Below, one piece after another: positions 23,222 through 37,446 of a stretch of 64,000 nucleotides of DNA. The notes beneath the pieces are model-generated. The model did no database searches and had not been told where the DNA came from. It saw only the letters and a program-made list of their open reading frames with translations. The translations under genes and the position numbers were made by a program. The stretch spans positions 43,772,001 through 43,836,000 of the forward strand of contig NC_043004.1 of assembly GCF_006345805.1 (NCBI RefSeq), read 5' to 3'. This DNA comes from Octopus sinensis. Taxonomy: Eukaryota. Each line of letters begins with the position of its first letter. Positions within the stretch are counted from its first letter, which is position 1.

Positions 23222-24439
23222 GATACTTGTATCTACTTGTTATATACCCAAGACTGTTTGCACATTCTATCAGATAAGTATGAATATTTCGAACTTCCTG
23301 AAACAGATGTTGTATTATCTTGTGAGTCTTCTTGATTTTAATTGTTTTATGTATATATATTCAGAATGTATGCTCTGTATGTGATGTAGGTCCTTATTTG
23401 CTTTAAACAAGTAAAAGAATCCCATATATATTTGTTAACCGAATATTATACTATATATTTATTTACTTGACTCTCTGTGCATAGAGATTGAACCATGAGT
23501 CAGACGGCTTTGGAACAATATGTTTATGCAGTCATAGATATGAGTGCCCTAATTCTTTCAGTATATTTTCTCACTGACAATTATTGGTACTATGCATAGC
23601 CGTATATACAGCATTTATATATAAATATCAAGAAAAGTGAAGTGGATTTAATTACCGTCTAGCTGTTTAGTTGTTACTAAATGACTGCAACAAATGTTAG
23701 CTTGCGGTTGTTTGGGTAAAATTACTTTCAACTGAAAAGTCAGCTAAAAAGCGTAAATTGCTTTAATTTGTTTCTTTTTTTTTCTGCATATTACCGATCC
23801 GCAATTAAGACTCACATCTGTTTTATCTTTAGCAATGCAAAGCGGCGTCACGACATCGCATCATGTATGCACTGGTGTAGAATAACATTTTTGTTTTCTG
23901 CCTTTTTAGCTCAATTAAGAGAATGTAAAAGATTGTACAGATAGTACACAGTAAAGAAAAAAATTATAGATGAAAAAATAATATTGATTTACTTTTAATA
24001 GGCACTTGGCCAATTTTCATATGTGTTGCATGTAGTTGATAAAAGTATCGATTCTCAGCAAATTACAGCTACATTTTGTATAGGCCTCGGAGGAATATGT
24101 AACAAATTCAGCAGCAGCAAACACTGGAATCAAAACAGTAAGGTTTTGAGAGTCAATATGTATATATTTCAACCGAATTCATATTCTGAATGACATGCAA
24201 AAACATGACAATGCCAACGTAATATTGTGTGAAATTAAACGTTCTTATTTAATTTAAGATAGTCACCGTAACTATAAGTAAAATTGTGGAAAGGATTGAC
24301 GATTTGTGTACGTATATGACTACGTACATACTCACATACATCTTCTTTATCAACGCTTTTCGGCTCGCTTGTTGGAAAACCAGCAATACCCAAAAATACT
24401 ATTGCTCAAGCTACTTATTGACACAGTGTTCCTAAATCC

Positions 24440-24915
24440 ATTGCCTCTCAGAAGCTTGGAAGTCGCGATAAAAAATGTTATCAATCCTGCTAAGACTGGC
24501 CATCACTCTCCCTTGAAACAGTTGGAATTTGGTTCTAGTCTTGAGATAAATCTGCAGGCTAATATGACATTCGTTGAGAAGTGGTGTGTAACATTCAACC
24601 CTGGCAAGAACAAGCTCATGTCTTTTAGTAGTAACTGGGATCCCTCTCTTTCTCCCATTTAAATGAGCAATGGTTCTGATACACCATATTTGGAGACAGG
24701 TAAACTTCTAGAAGCAAGGTCTTCTTTCATATCATTTGGTCTTAATTCCTCGTCTGATCTTTCTTGAGATTCCTACATAGTTTAGTTGGTAGTTCTGCTT
24801 CCCGTAATATAGTGTCATTATATATTTCAAAAGACTATATGATACACCAGGCCATTTTGTATCATTACAAACCGATAATTCGTTTTGGGATGGAATACCG
24901 TCTAATGACTGGAAG
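24440..24915 (+). pseudogene. Decayed CR1-group LINE RT C-terminal fragment
   Basis: EKWCVTFNPGKNKLMSF, GLNSSSDLS*DSYI and ILYHYKPIIRFGMEY correspond to the CR1-group motifs KW.V.FNP.K, DLSW..HI and Y...IRP.MEY. Confidence 0.65.
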
Positions 24916-26454
24916 AAGTAAAAGATAAAGTATAAAAGATATACCAAATTATAATTCTTGTCGTAATCTTGTAAAACCGTGAAACGTTTGCATATATTTT
25001 TCTATACTTACTTTGCGATTTGTGCCATTGTCTATTTCCAGAAGAACAAATATTCAATTTTTTACTTCAATCCGTATATATACATATTTTATTGAATAAT
25101 GTATTTTGGATTTGTCTCTCCTTGTAACCTATACTTCCTCAAGGAAATATAATCCACAGCAAACTGAAGACAATTCTCTCGATAGTATAGTTTTATATGT
25201 ATGAATCTGGCCATAATAATTCGACACTAACGAAACTTCGTAGAATTGTTAGTTGAAATTTCGGAACTCTATTTTGTGATTCAGTTGGCCATAGGAGGGA
25301 ATCGATCTCCAAATACGTAGCTACTAATTATCGAACAGTTCAGATCGATTAAGAATAGACTATCGCACTAAATCTGATACGATCCTGGTGGTTAAAACTT
25401 CAGCAAACTGAGATTTACAATTTTTACTTGTTAAAACTAACAATAAAAATAAATTGGTTCCTTGTCAATAAAGCATAAATTAGTTGTTGTAATGCGGGTG
25501 ATGAATACAATCAAAATCCTATATTCGTGGTTCGGATTTTATCGGCTGTCCGAGAAAAGGGAAAAAAGCAAAAAGTATTAATGAAAGCAAACCTAAAGGA
25601 AGGTGAATATTATGCTGTGAAGCAATTTGTACGATACCCTAAATTTTCTACTGTATTATTAGCTTTGATTACAATGGTAAAATCTGGCATAGCAAAGGAC
25701 AGAAGCAAATCAACTGTTGACTGCTACATCATTAATCGATATTTGAAAAGCGAAATATAATATCGGAAGCTGCCTATTTGTCTATTCTTCGATTGACTGA
25801 AATTATACCGATTTCAAGAATAAGGGATATATGTGCAACGCTTGGGATGACGCATATATTAATCAATATAGTAAACGTGAGTACTTATGTTTTATGTTAA
25901 TGACAAGAGAACGAATGGTGAAAAGATGCCGATATTGGAGGGAATTTAACTAAGAGACATATGAAGTGCATTCAACACAGACTAATTGTATATTTTCCAG
26001 CTGCCTGACAATTTATGGAGAAAGTCTTGATAAGAAAATTGTATCAACAACGTCCTATTACTGGTACTTAAGTACCTAATTATTTGACCCCAGAAAATGA
26101 AAAACTAACGGTCGACATTGGGCGTGTTCTGAGCGATATTAATAGAAGCGAAAAAAGCTTTTAATCTGATGCTCTATTGTTTTTATTACACCAATACATT
26201 CAGTGATTGAGATAATGGTGGCAGAGCTGTCAGTTCTTTCTATGATTGTATTTGTTTTAACTTCGTATTAAACTTTGACCTTTTGATTATTTGCAAATTA
26301 GATGCAAATTTTGACTGTCATAATTATCTCTAAACCCGATCAGTCGCCCATGATAGTTCATTAATAACGTCAGTATAATTTCAAACAAAATTACAACAAA
26401 AATAAACCATGCGAAAACATAAAAACATACGCAGACATCGTGTTCATACACACA

Positions 26455-26462
26455 GAGACTTA

Positions 26463-26506
<44 letters not shown>

Positions 26507-26595
26507 AACACACAAGCACAAACAGATAATGATGCACACAAGTACACATGCACAAAACAATTTCTGCCATGTGTATGTGTATGTGCGTATGTGTG

Positions 26596-26632
<37 letters not shown>

Positions 26633-26719
26633 TATATATATACATAGGATACATGAACACATACACACATATAAATACACATACACACGCGCACGCATAT
26701 ATATATATATATATAATAT

Positions 26720-26752
<33 letters not shown>

Positions 26753-26780
26753 GTATATGTATATATGTAAGTGTGTGTGC

Positions 26781-26830
<50 letters not shown>
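26455..26830. repeat. (CA)n/(TA)n compound microsatellite
   Basis: Direct inspection. Confidence 0.9.
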
Positions 26831-26833
<3 letters not shown>

Positions 26834-27312
26834 CAGAATATAATATTACACTTCATCAATAAATCGATATTTTTCGGCAAATCGAAAGAATTGATCAACC
26901 TAACCGTTTTGCTTTGGATTTTTAATGCTTTGTATTCCTTAAAACCCGTTACATTTTCATCAGTTATTTTTTTGATTCAAATATTTTCTTCTATCATTTA
27001 TTTGTTACTGTTTTCTGTTGTTATTCTCCGTATTTTTTTTTATTGTTTATTGCTTTTTTGCTTCTCTGTGTTTTATCCGCTCGGTTAACAAGTTTCAGTG
27101 CGAACTGCTAGAGTATTTCTTCAATAATAAAGCAATCAACTAATAATTTCACCAGACTATTGATGTACGAATATCGCATATACTTCATATCACCGAGCTT
27201 TATATTCAATATGCTAATTACAGTTTCAGCATCTGCCTTCTCGCATTTTCTGTGTTTAATAACGGTCATGTCAGTGTAATAGATATACGCATACATATAT
27301 ACATGTACGCAT

Positions 27313-27697
27313 AGGCGTAGGAGTAGTTGTGTGGTAAGTAGCTTCTTTACCAACCACATGCTTGCGGGTTCAGTCCCACTGCGTGGCACCTTGGGCAAGT
27401 GTCTTCTACTATAGCCTCGGGCCGACCAAAGCCTTGTGAGTGGATTTGGTAGACGGAAACTGAAAGAAGCCTGTCGTATATATGTGTATATAATGTGTGT
27501 GTGTATGTTTATGTTCGTGTGTCTGCTTTTGTCCCCCCAACATCGCTTGACAACCGATGTTGGTATGTTTACGTCCCCGTAACATAGCGATTCGGCAAAA
27601 GGGACCGATAGAATAAGTACTAGGCTTACAAAGAATAAGTCCAGCATGGCCACAGTCATATGACTGAAACAAGTAAAAAGCAAAACAAAAGTAAAAG
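27313..27697 (+). mobile_element. SINE family 1 with internal deletion near the 3' end
   Basis: AGGCGTAGGAGTAGTTGTGTGG head, colinear with 48773-49177. Confidence 0.88.
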
Positions 27698-28080
27698 TAT
27701 AAACACACACAAACGCACATAAATACAAACACTCGTATACTCGCGCACATAAACACGTACTCGACTGACAGACATACATATACAGACACATATATACATA
27801 ACATACATACGTATGTTAATGTCCATATTATCTATTGTATTATAGAACTACGTAAAGCTTAGTCACTTTATTCTGATCTGTCTTCCATATTTGAAAAACT
27901 GGAATATGCTAATATCCTCGATTGGGAATATTCCCTCATTTTTACATCTTTCTGAATTCTGCTCTGATGATGGAATTCTCAGTTTATATGAATCCTTACT
28001 CAATATGACGATCCACATGCCTGGCTACTCTAGAAACGTGTAAAAGTCTCAATACATTTTATGTTCTCTATCTCAATTAA

Positions 28081-28467
28081 AGTTAAGTTAAGTTAAGTTT
28101 TTGGCTCAAAAAGCAAAAATCAAGGCCATGTAGGGGGACATGGAGTTATGTACAGGGAGGGTGTTCATGCAAAGAGTTCAGGCCATTTCTGGTCAAGAGA
28201 GACTTTGAACCGATCAGTCGTCGGCATCTTCACTATCTCGTCCGGCAGCTTATTCCACGGATCCGCAACCTGGACGGAGAAAGCCGCTCTCCTTCGATTG
28301 AGATGAAATCGTCGCAGAGAGAGCTTTTCGGAGTAACCCCGCAGCCGACACTCTGGAGCAGGAGTGAAGAACAGCTCTTTCGAGAGGTTACACTTTTCGC
28401 TAATGATGTTGTGAGCAAGAATGAGATCACCACAGCGTCGTCGTTTTTCTAGAGAATAAAGGTCAGC
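28081..28467 (-). mobile_element. CR1-clade LINE 3' end with (AACTT)n tail
   Basis: Open frame DLYSLEKRRRCGDLI...RLRGYSEKL...RRAAFSVQVADPWNKLP...FA* (stop 28165-28167), a short 3' UTR, and a tail AACTTAACTTAACT. Confidence 0.88.
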
Positions 28468-29509
28468 ATATTCAGCCTTTCTTCATTAAAAGGGATTTTT
28501 TTCAAGTGGTGCCAAACGTTTTCCTTTTCGATTTTTATTTAAAGTATGTGTATGAATGTACGTATGTATTGGTCTAAAATTGTGAACAATTGCTGCAAGA
28601 AATTTTGAACAATTCCTCGGGGAACGATCTAAGTCGATTACATCGACTGAAGTATTCAACTTGTACTTATTTTATTGACTCCGATAGAATGAAAAGCAAT
28701 GTCGACTAATGTTGTATTTGAACTGAGAACATAAAACCCGGAAGAAATGTCGTTAAGTATTCAATCCACTCTTGGAATAATAGTAACAATAATAGTAATT
28801 ATAAAAGGTTGTTTTTTTTTGCTAAATAGTTTATGGTAAGATCCTCAATTTGTTACGAAAAGAAAGAAAACAAGTAACATCGAAAGATTTTACATCGAAT
28901 GATTAAGATTATTTCCAATGAAAGTAATATTCCCAGATTTGTAATAGTCAAACAAAGTAAGAGAAAAGAAAAAAAAAACTTTCACAACGCAAATTACGAA
29001 AATTAATGGGAAATCATATAAAGTGGTTTTGGATTCCGCATACAAGCTCGATTTATCCTAACAGTCTAAAATCAAATGCCTTCTAGTTCATGCCAACAGC
29101 CTACAGTGCATAATTTTAATGTGGAATAATTGACGCCAAAGATTTCCGATAGTTTCAATCACTTTCCATTATATTTACTTATTACCACATCTCGTTCTAT
29201 CACCACATCAGCGTAAGTATAAAATGGACTGACTTGAAAAATCAGCTCTGTCTTCTAACGTTCCAAATGTGACCTTCATTTGCCAGAGACATTTCACGCA
29301 CAAACACACATACATGCATGCAAATGTAAGCATAAAGACTTACATAAATGTATACATATAGGTATGGTCCCTGTGAGTGTATATGTTTTCCCTGATGCGC
29401 GTTAACCACATCATAATAGCGGTTTAATTTTTATTTCTGGGAATGTAGATGTTTTCTAACACCCTAGTCGCATTTACTGACATTTGTAATTCTACTTTTT
29501 GGTGAAACA

Positions 29510-30600
29510 TTGCAAACTCCACATGTTTTGCAGTTACTTGTTATCTTCTTTTCATTATAAGTTTTTGAGAATTTCTGGTGGGGAGGCTTTGGTCTTGTGC
29601 TGCAAATAAAAATCCTTCAATGTCTCCTTCGTGCCCTGAGCTTCTCAGCCATTGCTGGGATTTTTCTTTGTCTATTTCTTTTGCATTTAGTTTAGCCCAG
29701 TATTTGCGATGGAGGGGCTTTTCTTGCCATCGTTTTATCATGGTCCGTTGCTGTTCTAGTTTTTGTTTGGATTTCATTTGTTTTACAGCTTTTGTTGTTT
29801 CTTCTTCTGCTTCATAGTTGGTAGGTAGTATGATTTCTTTTTTTATTTTTCAGCTTCCTTAAATACTGAGACCATTTTTTGGTTTTGTTATGTGGCTATT
29901 TGTATTAGTATTTCTTGCTTCTGAAGTAGGTATTTTTAAAGACCAATGGTGTTTATTTTGTAATAGTTTTCTAGCTGTATAAGGCCTCTACCACATTCTA
30001 TACGTTGTATATATAACCTTTCTATGTCAGATTTTGGATGGTACATCCTAAATCCTATCGTTATTTTTCTTGTTTTCCTGCCTATTTAGATTAGTTCATT
30101 TAGTGTCCAGTTGAGGATATTGTAGCTGTAACTTCATAACTGAGAGGGCTAGAGTGTTGATGCCTATTATTTTGTTTTTCGCATTGAGCTCTGTTTTCAG
30201 TATTAATCTAACTCGTCTATAGTATTATTTTTTATTTTCATTTTCATTTGTGTGTGTTGTATCGTATCTAGTTCATTGATTCCTAAATATCTGTATGTGT
30301 GGCTTTGGTCTAATTCTCTTATTTCATTTGTTTTATCTAGTGTGATGTTGCTACTCTTAACTAGTTTTCCTCTTTTCAAGGTTGCTTTGTCACATTTGTC
30401 GAAGCCAAATTTCATATTTATTTCTTTGGGAAATCCATGTACTGTCTGCAGTAATGTTTCCAGCTGCTTGTTATTTGTAGCGTACTGTTTTAGGTCATCC
30501 ATATAAAAGAGGTGGCTGATTGTTTTGTCGTAACAGTTTATTCGCATCAAGTACTGTTTAGGTGTCAGTGCCAAGCAGAAAAGAAGTGTAGAGAGCGTAA
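29510..30600 (-). mobile_element. R4/Dong copy Y, decayed internal fragment (RT motif 4 to zinc knuckle)
   Basis: TLSTLLFCLALTP, SHLFYMDDLK, KFGFDKC, YRYLGI, RWQEKPLH, QQWLRSSG, FAAQDQSL. Confidence 0.85.
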
Positions 30601-31904
30601 TGGGATTGAACCCAACGTTTCGATCATCACTGGTATCACTTTTACATTACTCTCTTGCCATTTCCATTTTTATTTGGGAGTACTTGGTGATTTTTTTTAA
30701 CCTCTTTACTCACAACATTCATGTCATTTGGTAAGGCTACAGCAATGATCTGACGGTATTTGTCTTTCTTACGCAAAATGACAATATCCGGCGGGCGGTC
30801 TGCAATGTTAGTCCCAGAGAATCGTTACTTTTCCATCCGACTGCGTAACCTTACTTGGTAATGCTAATACCAGTTCCCTGTTGATTCATATTGCTATTTA
30901 CGGCCTAAGAGCAAATGAGGGTACACACACACTTTATTGTGGTGAAACATTTGAGCAAGGCTGTCACATCCACTTAACAAGTGAGTCACATTTTCCACAC
31001 GCTTTCCACAGAGTCTGCATTCTTCGGTGTCAGAAGTGTTATAGTTGTTATACTTCACTGAATTGGTAGCGAGATCCTGGTCTCGTGCAGCAATGATTAG
31101 GCTTTAGGTGATACGCTTGAAATCAACTCGCTCAAGCCATGCCCACGAAGCTATATTATCCTTATTGGACTGTGTATTACTTTCTGACTCTCCATACAAT
31201 CTCATTTCAAAAATGTCTTCTTTTCTCTCCTCCTCAGCCCATTGGTTAAACTCTGCCTTGCCCATCATTTCATCTGCATATACACCAATATCTTTCGCGG
31301 CATATTGCAGCAGGTCTTCATCACTATTTATCAAATACTCGGCAAACCTCCTTTCACTCCTTATACAAAGGTCTATACTAATTAGTCCAGCCTTTCTTTT
31401 CTTATACAGTCTGTTTACGTTTGCTTTTGGGTGTAGCGCTCCACGCAGCGCCATCAACTTTCACGTCCTTCTATCCGGTGTTGATTTTCCTTAATCCATT
31501 TGAGGATGGACGCACCATATATGACCACCGCAACTGCCCAGATATTCATTGCCATAATCAAATTGTTGGAATTCAGTTTTGATTTCAGCACCCACTTCAC
31601 CTTGTTTTTATACGCCTCACTAACCTTAACTTTCATTTCTCTTTGTAAAATGGCATCCAGCTCCAAAACTCCTAAATATCTATACCCACTATCGTCGGGT
31701 TCACCCACGGTCTCTCCTGATGATAACCGCAATCCTCTGCAGGATGCTTTCTTCCCACTTTTCATATTAGGTACTCAGCATTTGATATCCTGAATTCTAT
31801 ACCGATGTTTCTTCCCCACTCCTGGAATTTATGGTGAAGGAATCTATCTGTTTTTCAGATTTCCCAAACATTTTCAGGTCATCCATAAACAGATTTTGGT
31901 TCAG
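30601..31904 (-). mobile_element. R4/Dong copy X, decayed (RT motif 5 to endonuclease)
   Basis: NLFMDDLKMFGK, YRYLGVLE, GALHPKANVNRLY, IAARDQ, CRLCGKRVENVTHLLSGC, RPDIVI, KVIPVMIETLGSIP. It starts immediately after copy W's TAA-like tail. Confidence 0.85.
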
Positions 31905-31957
31905 TTATTATTATTAATATTTTTATTATTATTATAGTTGTTCTTGTTGTTATTTAT
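31905..31957 (-). repeat. Degenerate (TAA/AAC)n tract between copies W and X
   Basis: Direct inspection. Confidence 0.75.
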
Positions 31958-34666
31958 TGCCTTTGCACAGCTTCTAACACTGGAGATGTACTACAGTGTC
32001 AGCTGTCCACTACCAGTGAACTAAGGTAACACCTCTTATGTTTCAAGCACCTTAAGGAGTATTCGAGCGGTTCTAGCAGTGCTCTTTTCTGCAAGTGCTC
32101 CACTTTTGTTTCAGCCCCTATTTGTTCCAGGTACTTCTGGAGATTTTTGCTCACTGTTCCCAGGACTCCAACAGTTATTGGTACTACTACTACCTTTTTC
32201 ATCGACCACACCTGCTTAACTTCCCAAGCTAACCTATCATATCTCTCAATTTCCTTTCTTCCTTATCTCATACCTTGTCAGCTGGGCATTCTATGTCAAT
32301 GATCCAGTATAGTTTATTTTCTTCCTCAATTAAGGCTATGTCCGGCTTCCTGTTCTCAATCTCATGGTCGCACTAAATCATAAAATCCCATAGTATCTTT
32401 GTATTTCTATTTTTGACAATGCCTTCAGGTTTGTGGTCGTACCAATTTTTGTTCTGCCAAGTCCATACTTGTTGCAAAGTGTCCAATGGACAAGCCTGGC
32501 TATATTGTCGTGACGTCTCTTATATTCCTTCTTGGCAATTGGTGTACATTGGCTGGTAATATGCCATACGGTTACACTGTTGTCCACAGATTCTTCAATT
32601 ATCACTTTCTGATGTGTTGTCTATTCTGTATTTTATGTAGTTTGTTCTTAGTGCTTGCTCTTGGGCAGCGCAGATCAGAGCCCCTGTTTCTGGTTTTAAA
32701 TCACTTTTAGTCATCCACGGAAATCTTTTTTCTTTGTCTGTCTTATCTTCAACATCCCTATGAAATTATCCATGCATTCGTTTCTTTACCCACCTATTTT
32801 CAGTTTCATTCGTTTTCAGTTTCTTGTATTGTACTTTATCGTTGCAATATTTCATCCTACGCAAGCCTGACTTTCTTACGTTTCTGTGGCATTTTTTACA
32901 TACCATTCTATGTTGTTTTCTTCTGGGCTAATGCTGTGTTCGCATCCAATAAGTCCTCTTCCCTCTCTTTTTCTTGGTACATACAATCTGCCTGTGTCAT
33001 TTTTTGGGTGGAGTGACCCATACCTAGTTAGCAACTGCCTTGTCTTTCTGACTAAGCTGTTTAGTTTGTCTACTCACCATGCGATTACCCCTGTTCCATA
33101 TCTAAGGAGTGAAACCACCGCGGTGTTGATAGTTCCGATCTTATTCCGTCCGTTTAATTTCCACTCAAGGATCAGTCTCAGTCTGCGCAAATACTCCACC
33201 TTAAATTTTTCTGTCATTTCTTTCTCCATCAATTTATCCATTTCCAAAACCTCCAAGTACCTATAGCCAGTCTCTTCTATATGCTTCATAACCTCCACCG
33301 ACGGTATCGTTAGTCCTTCCATACATTTGATTTTACCTCTCTTGAATACTAACGCACCACACTTTGTAAGTCCGAACTCCATTCTGACATCAGCACTGAA
33401 GGTATACACCGTGTCAACGAGGGAACTGACTTGGGCTTCATTTACCATAAAATTTGAGGCCATCCATTAATAACAAATGCTTGACTTTTTGTTGCTGGTT
33501 TTTGAAGATATACCCAGCTTTTGCTTTCCTCTGAATCAATGTTAGTGTTATCAAGCACAGTACAAATATCAGTGGGGACAGGCAGTACCCTTGGAATATG
33601 CCCTTCCTAATTTCTACAGTCCCTAAACATCTTCGATATGATGTCAGGTCCGGCTTCCAATTCGTCATACTTTTTCCAAGCAATTGCTCAGCATTCGATG
33701 CAATCCCAAACATGTTCATACACTCCATAATCCAAGAATGTCATGGATCGACTATCGTACACCTTACGATAGTCAATCCATGCCATGACTAAGGTACTTT
33801 TCCTACTCTTGCAATCTCTGAGTACAGTTGTGTCTATCAGGAGTTGATCCTTGGTACCTCTACTCTTACGCTTGCCACACTTTTGCTTATGTGGCAGGAC
33901 TCCATTTTATTCCAGGTGTTCGTATATTGACTCTGCGAGTATTCCAGTCAATGACGTCCACTTAAGTGGCAAACAGGATATCGGCATGTAATTGTCTACC
34001 GTATTCGTTCACTTCCCTAACTGAAATGGTTAGTTCTGCCTGTTATGGATAGATTACTGTTTGTTTCAGTTGTTGCAACCATTTTGCGTCCTTCTTGTGC
34101 TCCTTGTCTTTACTCCAGTTGTTACTGCAAAAACTTTTGCTTTCAATGTTATCTGATATCAACTTTTCATCTGCACACACTTTTTTTCTTTATAGAAGCT
34201 CCTTCTGATCTATTCTGAATAACCTATTCTGGTTGTAAATCTTCATTCTTCAATCATATATTACCATCTTTACTTTCTTTGCAACGAGGCGCTGGTTCAA
34301 TTCCTCCACTACTACTTTCAGACCCTTTCTTTCAAAATTATACTTCCTTTTCAGCGCCCTGTATTTTTGTTCGTTTTTATATCTGCCCTTTCCCTTTTCG
34401 GTCTAACACAGAGATTTCCTTCTCGAGCATGTCTAACCCTGCCTGGATTCTTCTTTTCCACCATGGATATTTTCTTTTGTCACTCCCATTGTGTTGCTTT
34501 TTCTTGACATCGACACCAAGAGTTTCTGCTACAAAAATACTTGCAACCTTGATCAAATTATTTGTTTCTGTGATGTTGTTTGTTTCGATGTATTTCAGAA
34601 TTTCATTGACATTTTTCGTTTCTTGGTTCAATATCCATCGATCAACCTTTTTAAGGTTGCAAATAA
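31958..34666 (-). mobile_element. R4/Dong copy W, 5'-truncated, decayed, 3' end intact
   Basis: ICNLKKVDRW...YPWWKRRI, MPISCLP, KDQLLID, WIDYRK, KGIFQG, EFGLTKC, RRHDNIARLVHW, VVVVPITVGVLG. Stop at 32036-32038 followed by the 3' UTR. Confidence 0.88.
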
Positions 34667-34988
<322 letters not shown>

Positions 34989-35705
34989 TTTTTTGTAGCT
35001 ACATTTCAATCTAGGCATTAACCTCTATATAACTAATATGGTAGTATAGCTGATTATCCAACTGAAAAATGATCTGACTTCATTACACTAATGTCAAATT
35101 TCTCCCTATGAAAATATTTAGAGTGTGTAAGAATTATCCATCTTACGTGGCTTTTGGTATATTTATGCAGTAACGCTTATGCAGCATAAGATAAACAACT
35201 TAGAGTCATGACAGGAATGCTATTTCATAGCACGCTTATTTTTTGTCAATTGCATATGATATTCATTATAACTAAAGAGCAACAACCTAAAACGTTATTA
35301 TTTTTGGATAAACGTAGATTTGGAACAATGCCACACAAATCATATTATTAACGTATTGTTGTCACACCCGACGTAAAATTATAGAAAGAGTAGGCATAAC
35401 TAAATATTTGTTGCATATTTTTAAAGTTTTTCTTTTCACTTGACATGAGAATATCATATACACTTCAATTAAATAATTATACTAAACGATCAGCGTTTAG
35501 GTGCTTAGTTTCACAGACAGCATATTCTCCTGTTTTTTTTTTCAAACTGACACATACAGCAATTACTGTGAAACATAATATGCTTTTCTAGCAACGACAG
35601 ATTTCGGTTCTATGAAGAGACCGTCAATGTAACGGGAAAAAAAACACCAAAACAAAACGAAAACATAGTTATATTTCGTACATATCAACACAGTGTATAC
35701 ATGTC

Positions 35706-36030
35706 GAGGCGCAATGGCCCAGTGGTTAGGGCAGCGGACTCGCAGTTGTAGGATCGCGGTTTCGATTCCCAGACCGGGCGTTGTGTGTGTTTATTGAGCG
35801 AAAACACCTAAAGCAGGGGGTGGTGGCGATCCCTGTTGTACTCTTTCGCCTCAACTTTCTCTCACTCCACTCTTACTTCCTCTTACTTATCTTAAAAAAC
35901 TCCACGAGGCTCCGGCAGGGGTCGGTGGCGAACGCTGCTGTACACTCTCACCACAATTAACAGCTGTGCATCAGCATGTCCGCAGCTCTGAGCTGAAGCT
36001 TAAATAAAATAAATAAATAAATAAATAAAA
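35706..36030 (+). mobile_element. SINE family 4 with internal duplication and (TAAA)n tail
   Basis: GAGGCGCAATGGCCCAGTGGTTAGGGC (A box), GGTTTCGATTCCC (B box). The GCAGGGG..GGTGGCGA..CTG.TGTAC block occurs twice. Confidence 0.85.
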
Positions 36031-36269
36031 ATATACTTTGCCGATTTTTCTTTTTGACTTAATTCTCGAAATGCCCCGTCTTCCGTTTTATAATGTTACT
36101 GTATATAACGGCTATGTTAATTTATGTATACTTTATTCAAAAATGTTCTATGTGTTATAGGAAGCATATGATAGTTATTTAAAGCAGGTCTAGTCTCTTC
36201 GTAGATGTTTAAACGAAACTTACACGCATACATGCACACATGCACATGAGAGGAGCTTGATCAAAGATT

Positions 36270-36645
36270 TTATGGATGTCATGTTACCCAGATCGAGGGA
36301 AACAATGCTGGTGCCAGGATGTATCCTTGCCTCAGGCTAATATTAATTGAGAAGGAATCAAAGAGAGCATCTTTGGTGATGATATGGCCAGACATTCCGT
36401 CGTGTAAATCCTGAATGAGGTTCGGAAAGCCATCGGGACAACTGAAGTGCGTTAGGCTGGCCACATTGCTGTTCTCGGTATGATTTCGAAAGGCTCCAAG
36501 TCCCAGAACAGAAAAAAATAATGGCTTTCTCTGCTCTCAGAATTTTTTGGAGAAGGTGGGCGCAAAAGACCATGTTGATGATACTACAGGCGGGGCGAAC
36601 ACCGCACTGTTATTTTGGTGGAGCTTCCTCGGTGATGACCACTAA
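36270..36645 (-). pseudogene. RTE-clade RT fragment
   Basis: QCGVRP...MVFCAHLLQK, FSCPDGFPNLIQDLHDGM, LRQGYILAPALF correspond to the RTE motifs QCGFR, GCP.KF..L..LH.GM and QGC.LAP.LF. Confidence 0.75.
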
Positions 36646-36647
36646 TG

Positions 36648-37175
36648 TTCGGGTGTGTGCTTTTATGTGAATATCATCCAAATATACAGCATTTTAAAAT
36701 TCAAAACTTTCAACTGAATTTTGGATGGCAGGTAAGTGTTTACTCGAACTAACGCATGGTTTTCGTCATGTCATGGATAAGAATCTACATGTTGGCACAT
36801 GGGTCCCTGGCAAGACCTTCGAACATGGCCATAATCTTGGTCACCAGCTCATTCTCAGTGTTGCAAGAAGGCGATCGTGTTTGTGTCAAGCGCGCCGTTT
36901 CAGTAATCCATAGCATTACAATCGGGATAATTACTATACAAGTAGTTGGAGCTAATGGAATCGTAGAAATTCTCCGACGTCAATTTCTTCCGGTGGTATG
37001 GCAGGGAAACGAATAATACTGTCACGCAGATGTCCTTCCAAATGTAACCTTCTCTAACCAGTGTTTCACCAGCATCTTCACATAGAGTCCGTAATCATCT
37101 GTTACTGATGAAACACCGTCGAGTGGACGCAGTAAGAACTTCTCTCTCTTCACCAAAATATCAAAATGTTCTGAA
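36648..37175 (-). pseudogene. Tc1/mariner DD37D (maT-like) transposase 3' relic
   Basis: YVKMLVKHWLEKVTFGR, PCHT, ENFY...NYPDCNAMDY, SCNTENELVTKIMAMF. Colinear with the copy at 52270-53410. Confidence 0.75.
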
Positions 37176-37226
37176 AAAATCCACAAGAATATAAATGAAT
37201 AAATAATTAAATAAATATATATACAT

Positions 37227-37286
<60 letters not shown>

Positions 37287-37368
37287 CATACAGATATAAA
37301 TTTTTTTTTAATACAAATAAATGAAAGAATGGAGTTGATCGACGAATTAACAAAATTCTTTTATTTTA

Positions 37369-37446
37369 TTTTCGACATATGTTTCGAAGGCTGCATATTC
37401 CTAATTTGGAAGGAATAAGGGGTGCATTATGCCGCCTTCTCATCAG
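37369..37446 (-). ncRNA. Type I hammerhead motif: intact core, stem I 5' strand missing
   Basis: CUGAUGA-GAAGGC...GCCUUC-GAA-AC-AUAU-GU-C^GAAAA. The inversion breakpoint lies right at the core, so the upstream bases do not pair with GAAAA. Confidence 0.7.

Noticed and set aside
25819-25876. 58-nt plus-strand exon candidate (NKGYMCNAWDDAYINQYSK) with a GTGAGT donor
   Set aside because: Weak acceptor, no homology, and no partner exons; consistent with chance.
35706-35775. tRNA genes here and at the other SINE heads
   Set aside because: A/B boxes are present, but I found no complete cloverleaf, and each continues into a SINE body.
36725-37016. Plus-strand ORFs here and at 52388-52717 with mutual similarity (VEILRRQFL / VEIHRQQLL)
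   Set aside because: They are antisense shadows of the minus-strand transposase relics.
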